A stretch of 64,000 bases of DNA from Eledone cirrhosa (GCA_964016885.1 CAXHJY010000912.1:77216-141215), one strand, 5' to 3'; positions 25,300 to 39,321 are shown, counted from the stretch's first letter. Notes: generated by a model not told the origin, from the sequence alone. Program-made: numbers and translations.

Positions 25300-25590
25300 A
25301 AGAGAGAGAGTGGGTGAAGAGAGAAAGTGAAGAAAGGAGAAAAAAATAGAGAGAGAAAACTAGTAAAGAGAATGGAGAGAGAGAAAGTGAAGAGAATGGA
25401 GAGAAAGAAAGTGAAGAGAGTGGAGGTGAAGAGAGTGGAGAGAAAGAGAGTGGAGAGAGAGAGAACGGGTGGAGAGAGTGAGAGTGAAGACAGCGTAGAG
25501 AGGGTGGAGAGAGAGGGGTGGAGAAGGAGATAGATATAGGGATAGAGATAGCAGGAGAGATAAAGAGTGAGGAGAGGAGAGAAAGAGAGT
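25134..25590. repeat. Compound purine-rich (GA)n low-complexity tract
   Basis: Direct inspection. Confidence 0.95.
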
Positions 25591-26929
25591 ACACACCCAC
25601 ATAAACAGGTTCTTGCAATAATTACAGCAACAAATTGCATAATAACACATTGATTGATGCAGTTTAAAATAAAATAAAAAAGATCTGCTTTCGTACAAGA
25701 CTTGGCATAGTGTCAAAATTACACAATTCAATACTGAAAACTATGAATAATTATACCAAAATTGGTACAGCATTTACTGAGTATTAAATAAATCTTTGCT
25801 GAGTTTACAGTAAATTTTACAACACTGACTGAATACAGATCAATGAGATTATGCTAGTTCAAGGTAGACGCATATATATATATATATAAGGACTATAACA
25901 TGCGTCATTACTCAATAAATATAGTGAAGACCTAACAAATCGTCCTTTGTATTATTAGTATATATACATATATAAAGCAAAGTTTTTGATTGTTGTGGAA
26001 GAGGTTGATAAATATGACAAATACCAATAATTTTGGTTGAATATATATAACTTTACTTCACTTCAGCAACAAGGAAAAAAATATGATTACGTCAAATAGT
26101 AAATATAAAGTTTGATGATAGTATTCACAAATAAATATAGTGTTCAAAAAGGCTTCTGTGTTGTGCTGGAATCTCCTTGTTTAATATGTGATGTCTGATT
26201 AAAAAGTGACAAGATGTTCCTCATAAAAGAGGCTTTCAGTATTAAGCTCATCACCCATCTGGTCAGCGGCACTGAACTACTGATGGAATCAGAAGAGCAC
26301 CATTGTAGAACCACAGCATTGTGTTGGGAATTTTAAACTGGGCAAAGTCAATCCCTCTCCAGGTTTGAGCACAGCCAATTAATTCCAGAAAAACAGGTGG
26401 GGAGAAGATAAACCACTTAATCGACCTCGAAAGGAAGAAAGGCAATGTAGATTTCAGTGGGATTGGAGCCCAGATTGCAGAGAGCTGAAACAAATGCTAC
26501 AAAACATTTTATCTAATGTTCTAATGACTCTGCCAATTCAGTCTCCACTGATGCAAAAAAATACTTGAACACATCAATCAGTGTTGTATACTTGAGTCAC
26601 TGGGTGTTTTAGGTCTCACAACAAAACACCCTCATTCAGGTAATTCTACAAGGGTTGATCGAAACCTCAATACTGAAACCAGTTTTTTAAAACGATGATG
26701 ATGGTGATGATGATGACTACATTAGAACAAGGCCAGAAATGTTGCAGCTTGACTGCAAGAATGAAAAGAAAAGTTGACCTTGGTGGGATCTGAACTTAGA
26801 ACATAAAGACTCACAATGAATGCCATCAAAAAGAAGGACTGGTGTCAGGAAGGACATGCAGTTATAGAATACTGTCTCACTACTTCCTCACCATGGAAAA
26901 AGCAAATGTAAAAAAAACCATGATGATGG

Positions 26930-27320
26930 TGATTCAGTATCAGTAGGTTGCCAGACATGTTGTGAAGCATAGAGTTATGGCCCTTTAGGTTCTAAGTTCA
27001 AATCCTGCCGAGGTTAGCTTTGCTTTTCATACTTATGGGGTCATTAAAATAAAGTACCTGTAATGCACTGGGGTCGATTTAATCAACTTTTCCCTCTCCT
27101 CAAACTGCTAGCCTTGTGCCTAAATCTGAAACTATTATTATTATTATTGGTGGATTGGCAGTATCGGTAGAGCATCAGACACCATGCTTTACAGCATCGA
27201 GTTATGGCCATTAACGTTCTGAGTTCAAATCCTGTCAAGGTTAGCTTTGCCTTTCATCCTTCAAGGGTCGATAAAATAAAGCACCAGTAATACACTGGCC
27301 TTGTATCTATAGTAGAAACC
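26930..27320 (+). mobile_element. Two tandem family A SINE copies
   Basis: Two successive GTTCAAATCCTG..GGTTAGCTTTGC..GGGGTC..TAAAATAAAG units separated by (ATT)n. Confidence 0.85.
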
Positions 27321-28634
27321 ATTATTACCATTGGTGGTGGTATTAGTAGTAGTAGTAGTATCAGCAACATATCTCTTTTATTGGCCGAAAGGGGGTACAA
27401 AATTGGGGACAATACCAGAACAAAAAGAAACAAACAAAAGGAAAACAGTAGATTTAACACAAATGTTTAAAAGCCTTGTATGTATGTAGTAGGTGCAGTA
27501 TTTAATTGCTGTGCTAACGTTTAGCTGACAATGGTTTTATTACTCAAGTACACACAGTACTATATATAATATAGCTACAGGAGATGCTGTGCTGTATGGA
27601 TGATACAGTAAAACAGTGTCAGTTGTCTTGACAAGCAATTCGATATCCTTGAAAGCAAAGACTAATTGTTATCTTCTTTTGTAATAAGCAGGATGAGCAT
27701 TATAGAAAGTAACACTAACCAAACAGAAAATAACAATAATAATAATAAATTTAGTCCCCATTCATTATACAAACAATAGTGTGTGTGTGCGTGCGTGTGC
27801 GTGTGCGTGTGTGTGTGTGTGTGCGCGTGCGCGTGTGTTCTAAACTTATGTAATTAATGAAGCAATTACTCAGAACGTGTTATTGAAATATAATTTAAAA
27901 TTAGACATACACTCACACAGATATATATATAAACAGAGATAAACACACAAATATTAATGTATACATATACACACATACATATAGTGATACACACACTCAC
28001 ACAATGATACATATGCATACACCCATACAAAAGAAAATACAAGTCAATAAATGAGACTTTTATATGGCCACTTGAACGGCTAGAAATAGCAGTTAAATTT
28101 CCCTTAAATCATGTGCTACACCTAGTTATGGTTATCACCTATTTAAGTGTGAGCCATACATAACACAGGAGGTTTCGTGGGTGTGTTGCAATGGTAGAGG
28201 TGCCCCAGTCCTTATCTATCATGTTAGCATTTATTTCCAATGACAGGAGACAAGAATTGAATCGAGAATGCACCAAACGGGAACAGATATGACAAAGCAT
28301 AAGATGTGGAACTCCAAAAATGTTACCAAATTCATCATATACATTGGATAATTAGGTCATTAATTTTCAGTTGATTGGAAATTACTGTGTAATGAAATAA
28401 AACAGTCTTTATTTATTATTTTGTGGGCTTTCTCCATGAGTGACCCTTGGAGGTATACCCACTTTGAGGGAATTTGTTGTTTTGATATTTTTTAAATGTT
28501 TATTTTTCTAGTCTTCATTATAAACCTTTCTTTCACACAAACAAAACCTACACTATACTATCCTATACCATCTTTATTGTCCTCTTAATGTAGGGCCCTG
28601 TGTGGCTAATAAAGAAATCATTATTATAATTTTA

Positions 28635-29155
28635 AGGGTGGTGGATTGGCAGAATCAGTAGAGTGTCGGACATCATACTTTGCAGCATAGAGTTAAGGCC
28701 CTCTACGGTCTGAGTTCTAATCCTGCTGGGGTTAATTTTGCTTTTTGTCCTTGTGGGGTCAATAAAATAAAGTACCAGTAACACACTCGGGGTCAATTTA
28801 ATCGACTTTCCCCTCTCCCCAAAATTTGGGCCTTGTGCCTATGGTAGAAATCATTAGTATCATTAATTCAGCCAAGGTTAACTTTGCCTTTCATCCTTAC
28901 GGGGTCGATAAAATAAAGTACCAGTAATGCACTGGGATAATTACTGACTTGTGCCAAAATAGAAACAATTATCATTATTATTAGTTATTGTTATTGTTTT
29001 TGTTGTTATTATTATATTGGCAATATCGGTAGAGCATCAGAAAACATGCTTTGCGGCATAGGGCATGGTTCTTTACATTCTGAGTTCCAATCCCGCCAAG
29101 GTTAGCTTACAGGGTCAATGCAATAAGGCACCAGTAACGCAGTGGGGTTGATTTG
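28635..29155 (+). mobile_element. Cluster of three family A SINE copies
   Basis: Full copy 28635-28852, 5'-truncated short-tail copy, third deleted copy. Confidence 0.85.
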
Positions 29156-29165
29156 GGACACCATG

Positions 29166-29719
29166 CTCTCTATATCTTACCATTACAAATATTCAAGGCT
29201 AGGTTTCCAACTTGAGGATACCTACCTCTCTACATCTTACCATTACAAATATTCAAGGCTAGGTTTCTAACTTGAGGATACCTACCTCTCTACATCTTAC
29301 CATTACAAATATTCAAGGCTAGGTTTCTAACTTGAGGATACCTACCTCTCTACATCTTACCATTACAAATATTCAAGGCTAGGTTTCCAACTTGAGGATA
29401 CCTACCTCTCTACATCTTACCATTACAAATATTCAAGGCTAGGTTTCCAACTTGAGGATACCTACCTCTCTACATCTTACCATTACAAATATTCAAGGCT
29501 AGGTTTCTAACTTGAGGATACCTACCTCTCTACATCTTACCATTACAAATATTCAAGGCTAGGTTTCTAACTTGAGGATACCTACCTCTCTACATCTTAC
29601 CATTACAAATATTCAAGGCTAGGTTTCCAACTTGAGGATACCTATCTCTCTACATCTTACCATTACAAATATTCAAGGCTAGGTTTCTAACATGAAGATA
29701 CCTACCTCTCTACATCTTA
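29166..29719. repeat. 60-bp minisatellite, about 9 copies
   Basis: Unit CCTACCTCTCTACATCTTACCATTACAAATATTCAAGGCTAGGTTTCYAACTTGAGGATA, near-identical copies. Confidence 0.97.
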
Positions 29720-31904
29720 TCTGTTGTGGAGACCTAGAAATAGGTCATGGGCACTGGCCTTCCCACCCTAATTATAACAGTTTTAAAAAATAATAATTCA
29801 TAAAATATTAACGAAGTAAAATTAAAAATACTAACAAGTTCAATTAACATTTCCACATTATTTTCTGATCTGAAGAACACACGTGCGCACAACCATTGCA
29901 CATAAAAACCTGAAATGATGCACTGTAAGCATGCATACAGTGCTATTCCTTTTGTATATCTTTAGAAGGTTTAACTAATTTAAACTTTAAAAATCACAGG
30001 CGAAGTTTTCCAATGATAAAACAAATAATAATAATAAAGACTATGAGTATTATTTCATTACAGGTAATTTCCAATCAACTGAATTAATGGCCTAATTATA
30101 CTGTAAACAACAATCAAAATTCAATTTCTTAAATTAAAAAAAAAAAGCATTTAAAAATATTTCTCTAAAATTCAAAACCACCTTAAATTATGTTACCATA
30201 TATAAATTACACAGTATTTAATGAAAGAAAACAGATTGTTGCCTTGAGTTAGGTATTAAAAATAAACATTGTAAACATCATCTACATAAATTAGTTCAAA
30301 TTGAGAAATTATTTCCCCCCCCCCCTCCCCTTTTTTGTTTCTTTGTATGAACATGATTAGTTTAATATATATTCGTTTAAAAATCACACACATACACACA
30401 CCAATTTATACAGGCACTAAAGAAAAACAAGATTTCTTTTCAAATATATAGAATATCTAACTAAATATGATTAAATATATTAAAGAATCCATCTAAATTA
30501 ATTCAAGACATAAATGCTGGAAAAGCATTATACACACATGATTATATATAACTACTGCCGCCATCACTCACAATCAAGTATGACTTGGTAGTGTGTACCA
30601 TGCTTTCACTAAGAGTTTGCATTGCCTATGCAGTTTGTGAGTAGACACCTTTTCAACCTTCCCATCTTTGATCCAATGAAACATTAAGAATGTGGTAGCT
30701 AGAAAGGAAGATGTCTGCACCTGCACTAGACTAGTCTTTTTTTTTTTTTATTGGCCCTAGAGGGATATATGGCAAATGAAATTAACCTAGGATAGGGCTT
30801 GAACTGAGAACAAATATTCAACACTCTTATGACTTCGCCAAATTGACCACCCATATGTGGGTTTGAGCAGTTTGTGTCAGAAAAGACAACTGGCTGTAAA
30901 ACATTGTCTCAAAAAGTCTCATCTAACTCATGTCTGCATGGTAAACTCCATATAAAAATGGTGCTGATGATGATATATTACACACACACACTATCATCAT
31001 CATCATCATCGTTTAACAACTATTTTTCATGATTGCATGGGTTAGATAACTAAAACATTCTGAGGACAGACTTGTCAGGTGCTTAGCTCCTTCTAGTATG
31101 CTTTGTTCTGGCTTGATTTCTATGGTCGGATGCACTTTACAGCATATACTGAGAGCATAGTTTCTACAGCTGTATGAATGTATATATGTGTTTGTCTCTG
31201 TGTGTGTGAGTCTGTAATCTTACATGAAATATCAAATGCATTTTGAATAAATAATGAAAGATTCAGATGTGGTTGTGAAGTGTAATTATTATAAAGAGTC
31301 TCCATTGGTCTGTTCTGATCATGTGATGGTGTTGAATGGTCAGTGACCAGTGTTTCTTGGTTGCTGACCACCACAAAAAAGTTAGGCAGCCTGGTGTAAT
31401 TAAATAAATGCCATATTAACTAATTTCAAGCCACTGATTCTTGCCACCCAACAAAGATCACCATAGCCCCACCTGACACATTTGGTGGTGGGGCACATAC
31501 ATGTATACCTAAATGGAAGGATGCCTGTATTAATCACACAGTGACATCAGACATGTAGACATCAGAGGTGAGATGGATTTTGTCAGTCTGCCTTGCAACT
31601 AATCTCAGAATGACCAATGTCTTATAAGTGAATGTGGTAGATAGTATGTGTGAGGAAATAAGTTGTGTATATGCATGTCAGTTGCCACAAGTGCTTTTAT
31701 ATTTACACTGTTTACATACCCACCTTCAAAATATGGAGTATAGGTTGGCATAAAGAAGGGCGGCATCCAGGAACCATATTGATATACAGAGTTTCTAGGA
31801 CATTTTAAAACCTGGCAGAGACCATCTCCTCTCCAGATCTGAATACAGTAGTAAGATATATATATAGAGAGAGAAAGGAAGTGAGAAAGATATATAGTGA
31901 AAGA

Positions 31905-32062
31905 ATCAACCCCAGTACTAGACTGGTACTATTTTTATCGGCCTGAAATGGATGAAAGGCAAAGCTGACTTCGGCATGATTTGAACTCAGAGAGCAGAGA
32001 GTCAGAACAAATACAGCAGAGCATTCTATCTGATGTTCTAACAACTCTGCCAATTCACTGCC
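31905..32062 (-). mobile_element. Family A SINE
   Basis: CTGGTACTATTTTATCG..GGATGAAAGGCAAAG..TTTGAACTCAG..CTGCCAATTC. Confidence 0.8.
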
Positions 32063-33037
32063 TCCCAGAGATATAAAAACTGCCTAAAAAAAAGTGTAGT
32101 CCAATCCATGCCAGCATGGAAAAGTAACTGGACTAAATAGATGTAAAACCGATGATGACAATGGTGTTGGTGGTGGTGATGATAACGATGAGGTAGAGGA
32201 GGAGGAAAGAAGAGTTAATAATATTAAACTGGAAAAAAATGAAGATCTTTTAGGATTTTAATTATATTTATCTATCTATAAATAGGAGTTTAAGTGTTTT
32301 AAGTCAGTAATTTACCTGTTGTCAGAGACAAGGTGTGTGTGTGTATGAAAGAGAGAACAAGATAGAAACATGAAGACAGCTGTGAATGATGTGAAAATCT
32401 TAGATATCTGTGTGTGTTGTTACATCATGACATTAAACATTGTCTTAAAGGGCTTGTGAATGAATGCCATTGTGTTGTAAATCAACATGTTGGCTATGTG
32501 AGTCAAATCAGAAATGATAGGCATAGCAATCTTATTATTTATGTCAAGTCTAAGGCCAGCCAGCAGTTATTGTTAGAGTTCCACTGCTGCTGTCATCACC
32601 AACACAACACTTGCTGCTGTTGCTGCTGTATTATCAACCTAAACAACCATTGTGCTTGTTACAGTCATTGTAGGTATTAAAGCATACTATTGAGAGAGAG
32701 AAAGATAGATAGATAGGGAAGGGATTGAGGGGGGAAAGATAGGGAGAAGGGGGGGATATATAGGAGAAGGGGAGGGAGTGTGCGTGGGGGGGGGGCGGGA
32801 GAAAGAGAGAGAGAGAGAAGAGGTGATCTGATACTAAATAATAAGTTGATAGAAATTAGTTTATGCTTATATGCTGCCATGGACCAGCTGCAGGCAAAAT
32901 TTTTCATGGAATCTGTCAAATCAACAAGCCAGCTTATCAAAGTTGAAGGAGGTGGAAAAGGAAATACAAGAAGTAGAAAGAGTAGAAGGGTAACTAATGT
33001 CAAACATACATATACTAAATAAATAAATTAATAATAA

Positions 33038-33530
33038 TTGTTTCTACATTTGGCACAAGGCCAACAATTATCCAGTGTATTACTGGTACTTTATTTTATC
33101 GACCCCGAAAGGATGAAAGGCAAAGTTAACCTCGGTGGGATTTGAACTCAGCTCTGATTTAGGCACAAGGCCAACAATTTCAGGAGGAGGGGAAGTCGAT
33201 TAAATCGATCCCAGTGTACTAGTACTTTATTATAGACCCACCCCGTGAGGATGAAAGGTAAAGTTAACCTCAGCAGGATTTGAAATCAGAATATTAAGGG
33301 TAGTAACTCCATGTCACAAACCATGGTGTCTGACAGATGCTCTACTTATACTGCCAACAATTTGGAGTAAAAAGGGACTGTTGGTTGAATTGAGTCCAGT
33401 ACTTGGCTGGTGCTTTGTTTTTTTTGACCCTGGATAGATGAAAGGTAAAGTTGACCTCAGTATTAAAGAGTCAGAACAAATACCACAAGGCATTTGTTTG
33501 GTGCTCTACCAATTCTGAAAATCCTGCTTG
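33038..33530 (-). mobile_element. Cluster of three family A SINE copies
   Basis: Repeated GGATGAAAGG.AAAGTT.ACCTC units in the same orientation. Confidence 0.85.
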
Positions 33531-33789
33531 GTGATGACGGCTACAGATGCAGCAAATGAACCCATAGCTTTGTTTCTTCTCTGTATGAAATCTTTTGCCA
33601 AATATTTTCATCAATAAAATCATACATATGAATGGATGATATGAATCTATTATTTTAGAGATGGCGATCGATTGGCTGTACTAGTAGAGTGGTGGGCAAA
33701 ATGCTTTGTGGATTTATTTACGACGGTCTACATTCAAAGTTCAAATACTGCCGAGGTCAACTTTGCCTTTCAATTTTACTTTACATTAT

Positions 33790-34036
33790 TCCTTCTTCTT
33801 CGCCCACTTATTTCTGAGAAGGTCATGGGGGCAAAGTCTTGAAACTATTTCCAGCGGGTCCTGTCAAAAGCAACCGTCTCAAACTGATCTGGCCGGATCC
33901 TGAAGCGTGACAAGCAGAGCAGAGTTCATGGACATTATCCAACCATCTTGCTCTGGGTCTTCCCCTGGGTCTCTTGCCGGTTGGTTTTGCCCGTAAAATC
34001 TGTCCAATGATTCTTGCCTGAGACATTCTAATCCAG
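33790..34036 (-). mobile_element. RTE-clade LINE 3' fragment
   Basis: Minus translation RMSQARIIGQILRAKPTGKRPRGRPRARWLDNV (RTE C-terminal RGRP..W.D motif) and (GAA)n tail. Confidence 0.8.
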
Positions 34037-34067
34037 GATTGAAAATATAAATATTTCATGCATAAGT

Positions 34068-34230
34068 GAAGGAATGGCTGTGTGGTTAAAGAAGTCTGTT
34101 TCATAACCATATTGTTTCAAATTTGATTCCACTACTTGCCACCTTGGCTAAGTATCTTCTACTATAATCTCAGGGCAACCAATGTCTTTGGGGTGTATTT
34201 GGTAAATGGAATATATACAGAAAACAATTG
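34068..34230 (+). mobile_element. tRNA-derived SINE, family C (degenerate)
   Basis: TGGCTGTGTGGTTAAAGAAG head, CACCTTGG.TAAGT.TCTTCTACTATA, ATTTGGTA.ATGGAA; related copies near 18595 and 23467. Confidence 0.65.
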
Positions 34231-34268
34231 TGTGTGTATCTGTCCCCACGTGTCATAGCACCATTTAA

Positions 34269-34489
34269 CCCTTTAGCATTTAAACCGGCCATATCCAACC
34301 AGAATTCTCTCACCTCATTTTGTTCAAACCAGCCATAACTGACCACTCATACTGATGTTAAGGTGCTGTTCTCAAAATAAAAGATATCAAAACCTCATAG
34401 ATTCGATATTATGTGAGATAATAATGTGAGATGAAGTGTTTACCATAAAAATACAATAGTAAATATAGGGTAATGTAAATGTTAAAGGG
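34269..34489. mobile_element. piggyBac-type MITE (TTAA TSD, CCCTTTAGCATTT TIR)
   Basis: TTAA-CCCTTTAGCATTTA ... TAAATGTTAAAGGG-TTAA; five further related copies. Confidence 0.85.
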
Positions 34490-34744
34490 TTAAGCAAGTA
34501 ATATTCTTGCATAGAGAATATTTTCTATAGCTTAAAGGTTCAGCAATTATCAGCAGTATAAGGACCATACTTGAAAATATAGTATAGGTCGGCATGGAAA
34601 AGAACATACAGCCATAAAACACTGTCTCAAAAAGTCTTGTCCAATCCATGCCTGCATCAAAAAGCTTGGATGTACTAAACAAGCTTGATTAAATTAACTA
34701 CACTTTTCTCTTTCAAATGTATATGGCCTTGCGCCAGCTTAGAA

Positions 34745-34775
<31 letters not shown>

Positions 34776-35517
34776 ATACTGTCATAACACAATGTGTTGC
34801 TGATCTATTTATCTACAACCTTTCAACAAATGTTTTTAAGAAAACATAGTTACATGGCCCATGTCAATGGTGGTATTGGTGTTAGTTTCATTCACCACTG
34901 CTGCTGCCATCACCATCACCACTACTACAATAAAAAGCCAGCTTTCAAATGATAAAAAGACTGATAAGAAAGACTAAGAGTTTTTTGGAGTTTTTTGTTT
35001 CTTTTTGGTTGGTCATATAATGACAAACAAAAACACAAGAGAATATGCAGAACCTACCCGGTTTTCCCCCCATCTGTATAAAAAAAAAAAAAAAAAAAAT
35101 AACAGTAGCTGCCAAAATAGCTAAACCATACATGCCTCCCTTTAAAACAACAAACTCTACTCTCTTTGGTTACATTGCTGCTTTGAAAGGGGGAAAAGTA
35201 TCCAAACAGTGACTTGAAATTTTAAAAATGTTCATTAGAAAAGAAAGGGAAGAAAAACCCCTAAAAGGATGGAAGAAAGAAAAAAGAAAAATAATAAGAA
35301 GGGTATTGGAGTCTTAATGAAGGAGCTCTTTAATAAAATTGGGTTAGTTCAATTTGCACACGCTTGAATATTTAGGCTGTACTTTAAATTATCATATTAA
35401 ATTTCTAGAAAGAAAAAAGAAAGAAAATGACACCTTAAAAAAGTGGTTCACAAAACCTTTTAACTAATAGTGACCCCTTTTCCTTAAAATAAATTTTCCT
35501 GGGCCTCTACCCAAGAA

Positions 35518-35840
35518 CAGTGGTAATCCACAACCTAATTATCCACTACCAAGGATCCTTTTTATTAAAATCGATTTCCCAGGCACCACTTATAGTTCAC
35601 AGAACCTTTTCTCTACCAAAGACCCCTTTCAATACAAGCCTCCTAGAACCCTTGTTATGCAGTGAGAACAATTGAAAGAAAATTGTTTATAGTTAGGAAA
35701 GAAACAGTATCCTATAACGTGTGCATTTTATGTTTTTAACAAAGTACTTGAGATTTTGAACTTAGCTCACAGACCCATAGTACCACCTTTGCAGACACCC
35801 AAGAGTCTAGAGTCCGTAGACCCCAGGTTTGGATCTATTG
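35518..35840. mobile_element. Degenerate hAT (Charlie-like) MITE
   Basis: CAGTGGT..CAACCT start, repeated GACCCC motifs, GTCCGTAGACCCCAGGTTTGGATCTATTG end. Confidence 0.45.
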
Positions 35841-37508
35841 TCATAGAATAGTGTTCTAAAGGACAAAATAATAAGTTATGTGACCTAAAGGAGCTCCCTT
35901 TTACATTCTTTTATTAACTTTTCATTCTTTTTTAGAAGGAAGTGGGGTAGCATCAGACTTCTTATGACAACATTTGATGGTGATAGCCAGAACCCCCACC
36001 CTCAAAGAAAAACAAACCCAAACACACATATTTTGATGATCTGAAGTCCTTTAGATGTGGCCATGTGTATGTAGAATGAAGAGCCTTCAAAGGATTAACA
36101 ACTTAATGAAATCCATAATCCTTTAAAAGATATGTATCTTCTGATCTGCCATGGTATGTCATCAAATGAAAGGGAGGGAGATAGACCTTTTGTTATGCGT
36201 GTGTGCGAATATTTTTCTTCTTATTTGACTATACTCTATAAGCAAACAAACATCAAAAGTACAGTTTGGATAAATGCCAGCACATGCTACAAACTTCACT
36301 TTTTTGTTATTGTACTTCCTCAGGATTCCACACAGAAACAGTAGCACTCGCGGTGACTTTAGTTAGTTGAGAAAAACAACTTTGGAGTTATATACTACAG
36401 ATAACAAGGTGTGGTTTTTGTTCAGCAAGTCAATGTTTGTGATTGATCATCATCATCACCACCATATGTTTGTTTTCCATGTTAGCAGGTAACATTCCCT
36501 CTATTTTTTTCCAACCACTGAGTGGAACCTTTGATGCTTTGAACAAAAACATTTTTAAATTCAAAGCTACGGCATGGCACCAATAGAATGACTGCATGGC
36601 TGTGCACCTGCACAGCTTAAAGGAAGGTCATTACATTCTAGCCAGTTCTTATTTAAAGTTACTGATCTCCTAGACAGGTTTTAGGATATCTTAATCCAAA
36701 TGTGTGATTTTTGGCATGGTTCCTAACACCAACCAACACATGGCTGGTGTTGGGTGTGTTTTATCATGGCAACAACACAAGAGAGGGTATCTTGCTCATT
36801 GCAAAGTTATAAAATGCTCTCCACTCTACATTAATATCAACGGGGTCGATAAAATAAAGCACCAGTAATGCACTGGGATAATTGCTGGCCTTGTGCCAAA
36901 AGACAAACTTGATTCATAGTGTAACTAAAAAGGAAGTGATAATGAAAAGAGTAAAAAAGGACAGAATTAGTATGTATGTTACAATTTTTCACAATAGTAA
37001 AATATATCATTTTCCAGTAGTAAAGATATTATAAACATTTGTATTAACAAATCTGTATTTTTGTTAATATTTCCTGTTAAATCCTTGCAAAGAGTTAAAT
37101 TTTGATGTCAATTATATTAGACATTGGCACTTAAAATACTTAATATATTTTCATGACATTTTAATCTTATATATATACACACACACACTCTCTCTCTCTC
37201 TCTCTCTCAATGTTCTTTTCAATTAAGGTAAGATTTATAACCCTATTAGAACTTGATGTAGTCTTGATGTGAATATACCATAGAAGCAAAAAGAAATTTG
37301 TTTTGTTTTTTTTTCTGAAAAAGTGGTATCTTATTACATATCATTGAGTATTCAAAAACTACTGTCAGTTATATAATGTTGAACAATGAAAACAAATAAG
37401 ACAAGGTTTAGTTGTGAATTAAACCATTGTTTTAAGATTGCTCCAGCTTCTGAAACGATCATAAAACAATGAATTAATTAACTACTAAACCCCATCTTAT
37501 GTGTTTCA

Positions 37509-37712
37509 TTGTTCAAAACCATGGATGCACATATAAATTTTGAAGTTGAGCACCCAGATATCACAGGATCCCTCTCTCTACTCGACTTTACACTAAGAAT
37601 CTCAAAGAAGGGAGCAATATGCACTAAATTTTGCAGAAAGGATGCCTACAGGGACATATTTCAATACCACAACTCTGCCTTTCTCTACAGAACCAAAATG
37701 ACCAATGTATGT
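37509..37712 (+). mobile_element. Penelope-like reverse transcriptase C-terminal fragment
   Basis: HINFEVEHPDITGSLSLLDFTLRI...TKFCRKDAYRDIFQYHNSA...TK matches the PLE pattern I.FT.E....L.FLD..I....T..YRK......L...S.HP...K. Confidence 0.75.
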
Positions 37713-37714
37713 AA

Positions 37715-38575
37715 TGAATTTCTGTATGTTGATGATCATAACTGAATATGTGGAAGAACTAGAGAATAAATTCTGGCTATGGAAACAGAACTTAGACTCA
37801 AAAGGGCCGAGAGTAACTTTAGCAAAAACGAAAATGTTAATAAGTAGGAAAGAATATAAGGGTACCTATCTCCTCAGGGAAGTGGTCTTGCTTGGTATGT
37901 ACAAAAGTAGTGCCATATACAGTGTACACTGATGGTATAAACCTTTTCCAATCCCAGGTAGGACCCATAGAAGTGGTTGATAGCTTCTGTTATCTAAATG
38001 ATATAATTAGCAGTGGAGGAGGGTGATCGGAGTGTATAGTAGCTAGAATAAGGTCATGATGGAAGAAGTTTAGGGAACTGCTACCCCTGCTAACAACAAA
38101 AGGTTTCTCCTTGTGAATGAAAGATTGGCTGTATGATGCCTGTGTGAAGTGCCATGTTACATGGTAGCGATACATGGGCAGTAGATGCAGAGGACATGCA
38201 GAGGTTGGAGAGAAATGAGGCAAGTATGTTTCGATGGATGTACAATGTGAAGGTGCGAGAACAACAAAACATGGATAAACTGAGGGAGGAACTGGGTATA
38301 AGAGAAACCAGAAGTAGTGTGCAGAAGAGGAGACGGTGTTACTATGAGCATGTGATGACTCATGATTGCTGAGTGAAAAAGTGCCAAATGATCCCAGTGG
38401 AAGGATGCTGCAGTAGAGGAAGACCAAGGAAGATCTGGATGGAAGTGGTGAGAGCTGATCTCAGATTGCTAAAACCTCACAGAGATGACAAAGGAATGTA
38501 ATAAGTGGAGAGATGCTGTACTGAGAAGGAATTGTCCAACTCATGCACTCCTGGAACAACATATGATGATGATGA
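37715..38575 (+). mobile_element. RTE-clade LINE, 5'-truncated, degenerate RT C-terminus
   Basis: FLYVDD, WKQNLDSKG.RV.LAKTK, WKKFRELLPLL, MLHGSDTWAV...LERNEASM.RWM, RGRPRK.W motifs; (GAT)n tail. Confidence 0.9.
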
Positions 38576-38596
38576 TATATATAAATACACATATAT

Positions 38597-38704
<108 letters not shown>

Positions 38705-39181
38705 CTGGGTAGCATATTTTATAAATTTGCTTACTCCAAAAGATATATAGCAGGGAAAACAGTGAGATGGGTGGGTAGTTTTGAAGAGTTCTTATATAGA
38801 TAAATGTACACTACTTGATACTCTGATCCCATCCAAAGGAGGAAGAGGATATAATATATAAAACAAATATAGAGCAACAGAAACTGTAAACAAATCAATG
38901 TAGTTTTTATATTGCTATATTATTTGTGAAAAAATTCAAACCTCTTCAGATTTTTTTCTACTCCCGTCATATTTCTCTATTTCATTTAAAACTAAAGCTA
39001 TCAGACAAAAAAAATATTAGTAACTTTAAAAAATATATCTAGAAAAAATAAAATAAAAGTTATTTTCTTCCTTTTTTTTTTTTTAAATCCAGAAAATTTC
39101 TAAATATTGATTAATATTACTTTAATATATTCCTTCGAATAAATTTTCAAGAAATAATGTCAACCTTCAAGAAATACATCA

Positions 39182-39229
<48 letters not shown>

Positions 39230-39321
39230 CAAAAATCACATTTAACTAAATAGTAATGACAAAATATAATATCAATGATGATGATAATAATAATAATAAA
39301 TGTACAAAACTTAAGAGGGTG

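Noticed and set aside
25885-25965. Possible Helitron 5' end on the minus strand (TATACTAATAATACAAAG)
   Set aside because: Too short and AT-rich; no 3' hairpin or CTRR end found
29166-29719. Regular repeat resembling a CRISPR array
   Set aside because: Units are contiguous with no unique spacers, no cas genes, eukaryotic context
32311-32380. Minus-strand pyrimidine tract + ACAG/GTAAAT resembling a recursive splice site
   Set aside because: Tract is partly microsatellite and such motifs are expected by chance in 64 kb
32780-33022. ORF MDQLQAKFFMESVKSTSQLIKVEGGGKG
   Set aside because: No recognisable domain or convincing splice sites; starts in low-complexity sequence
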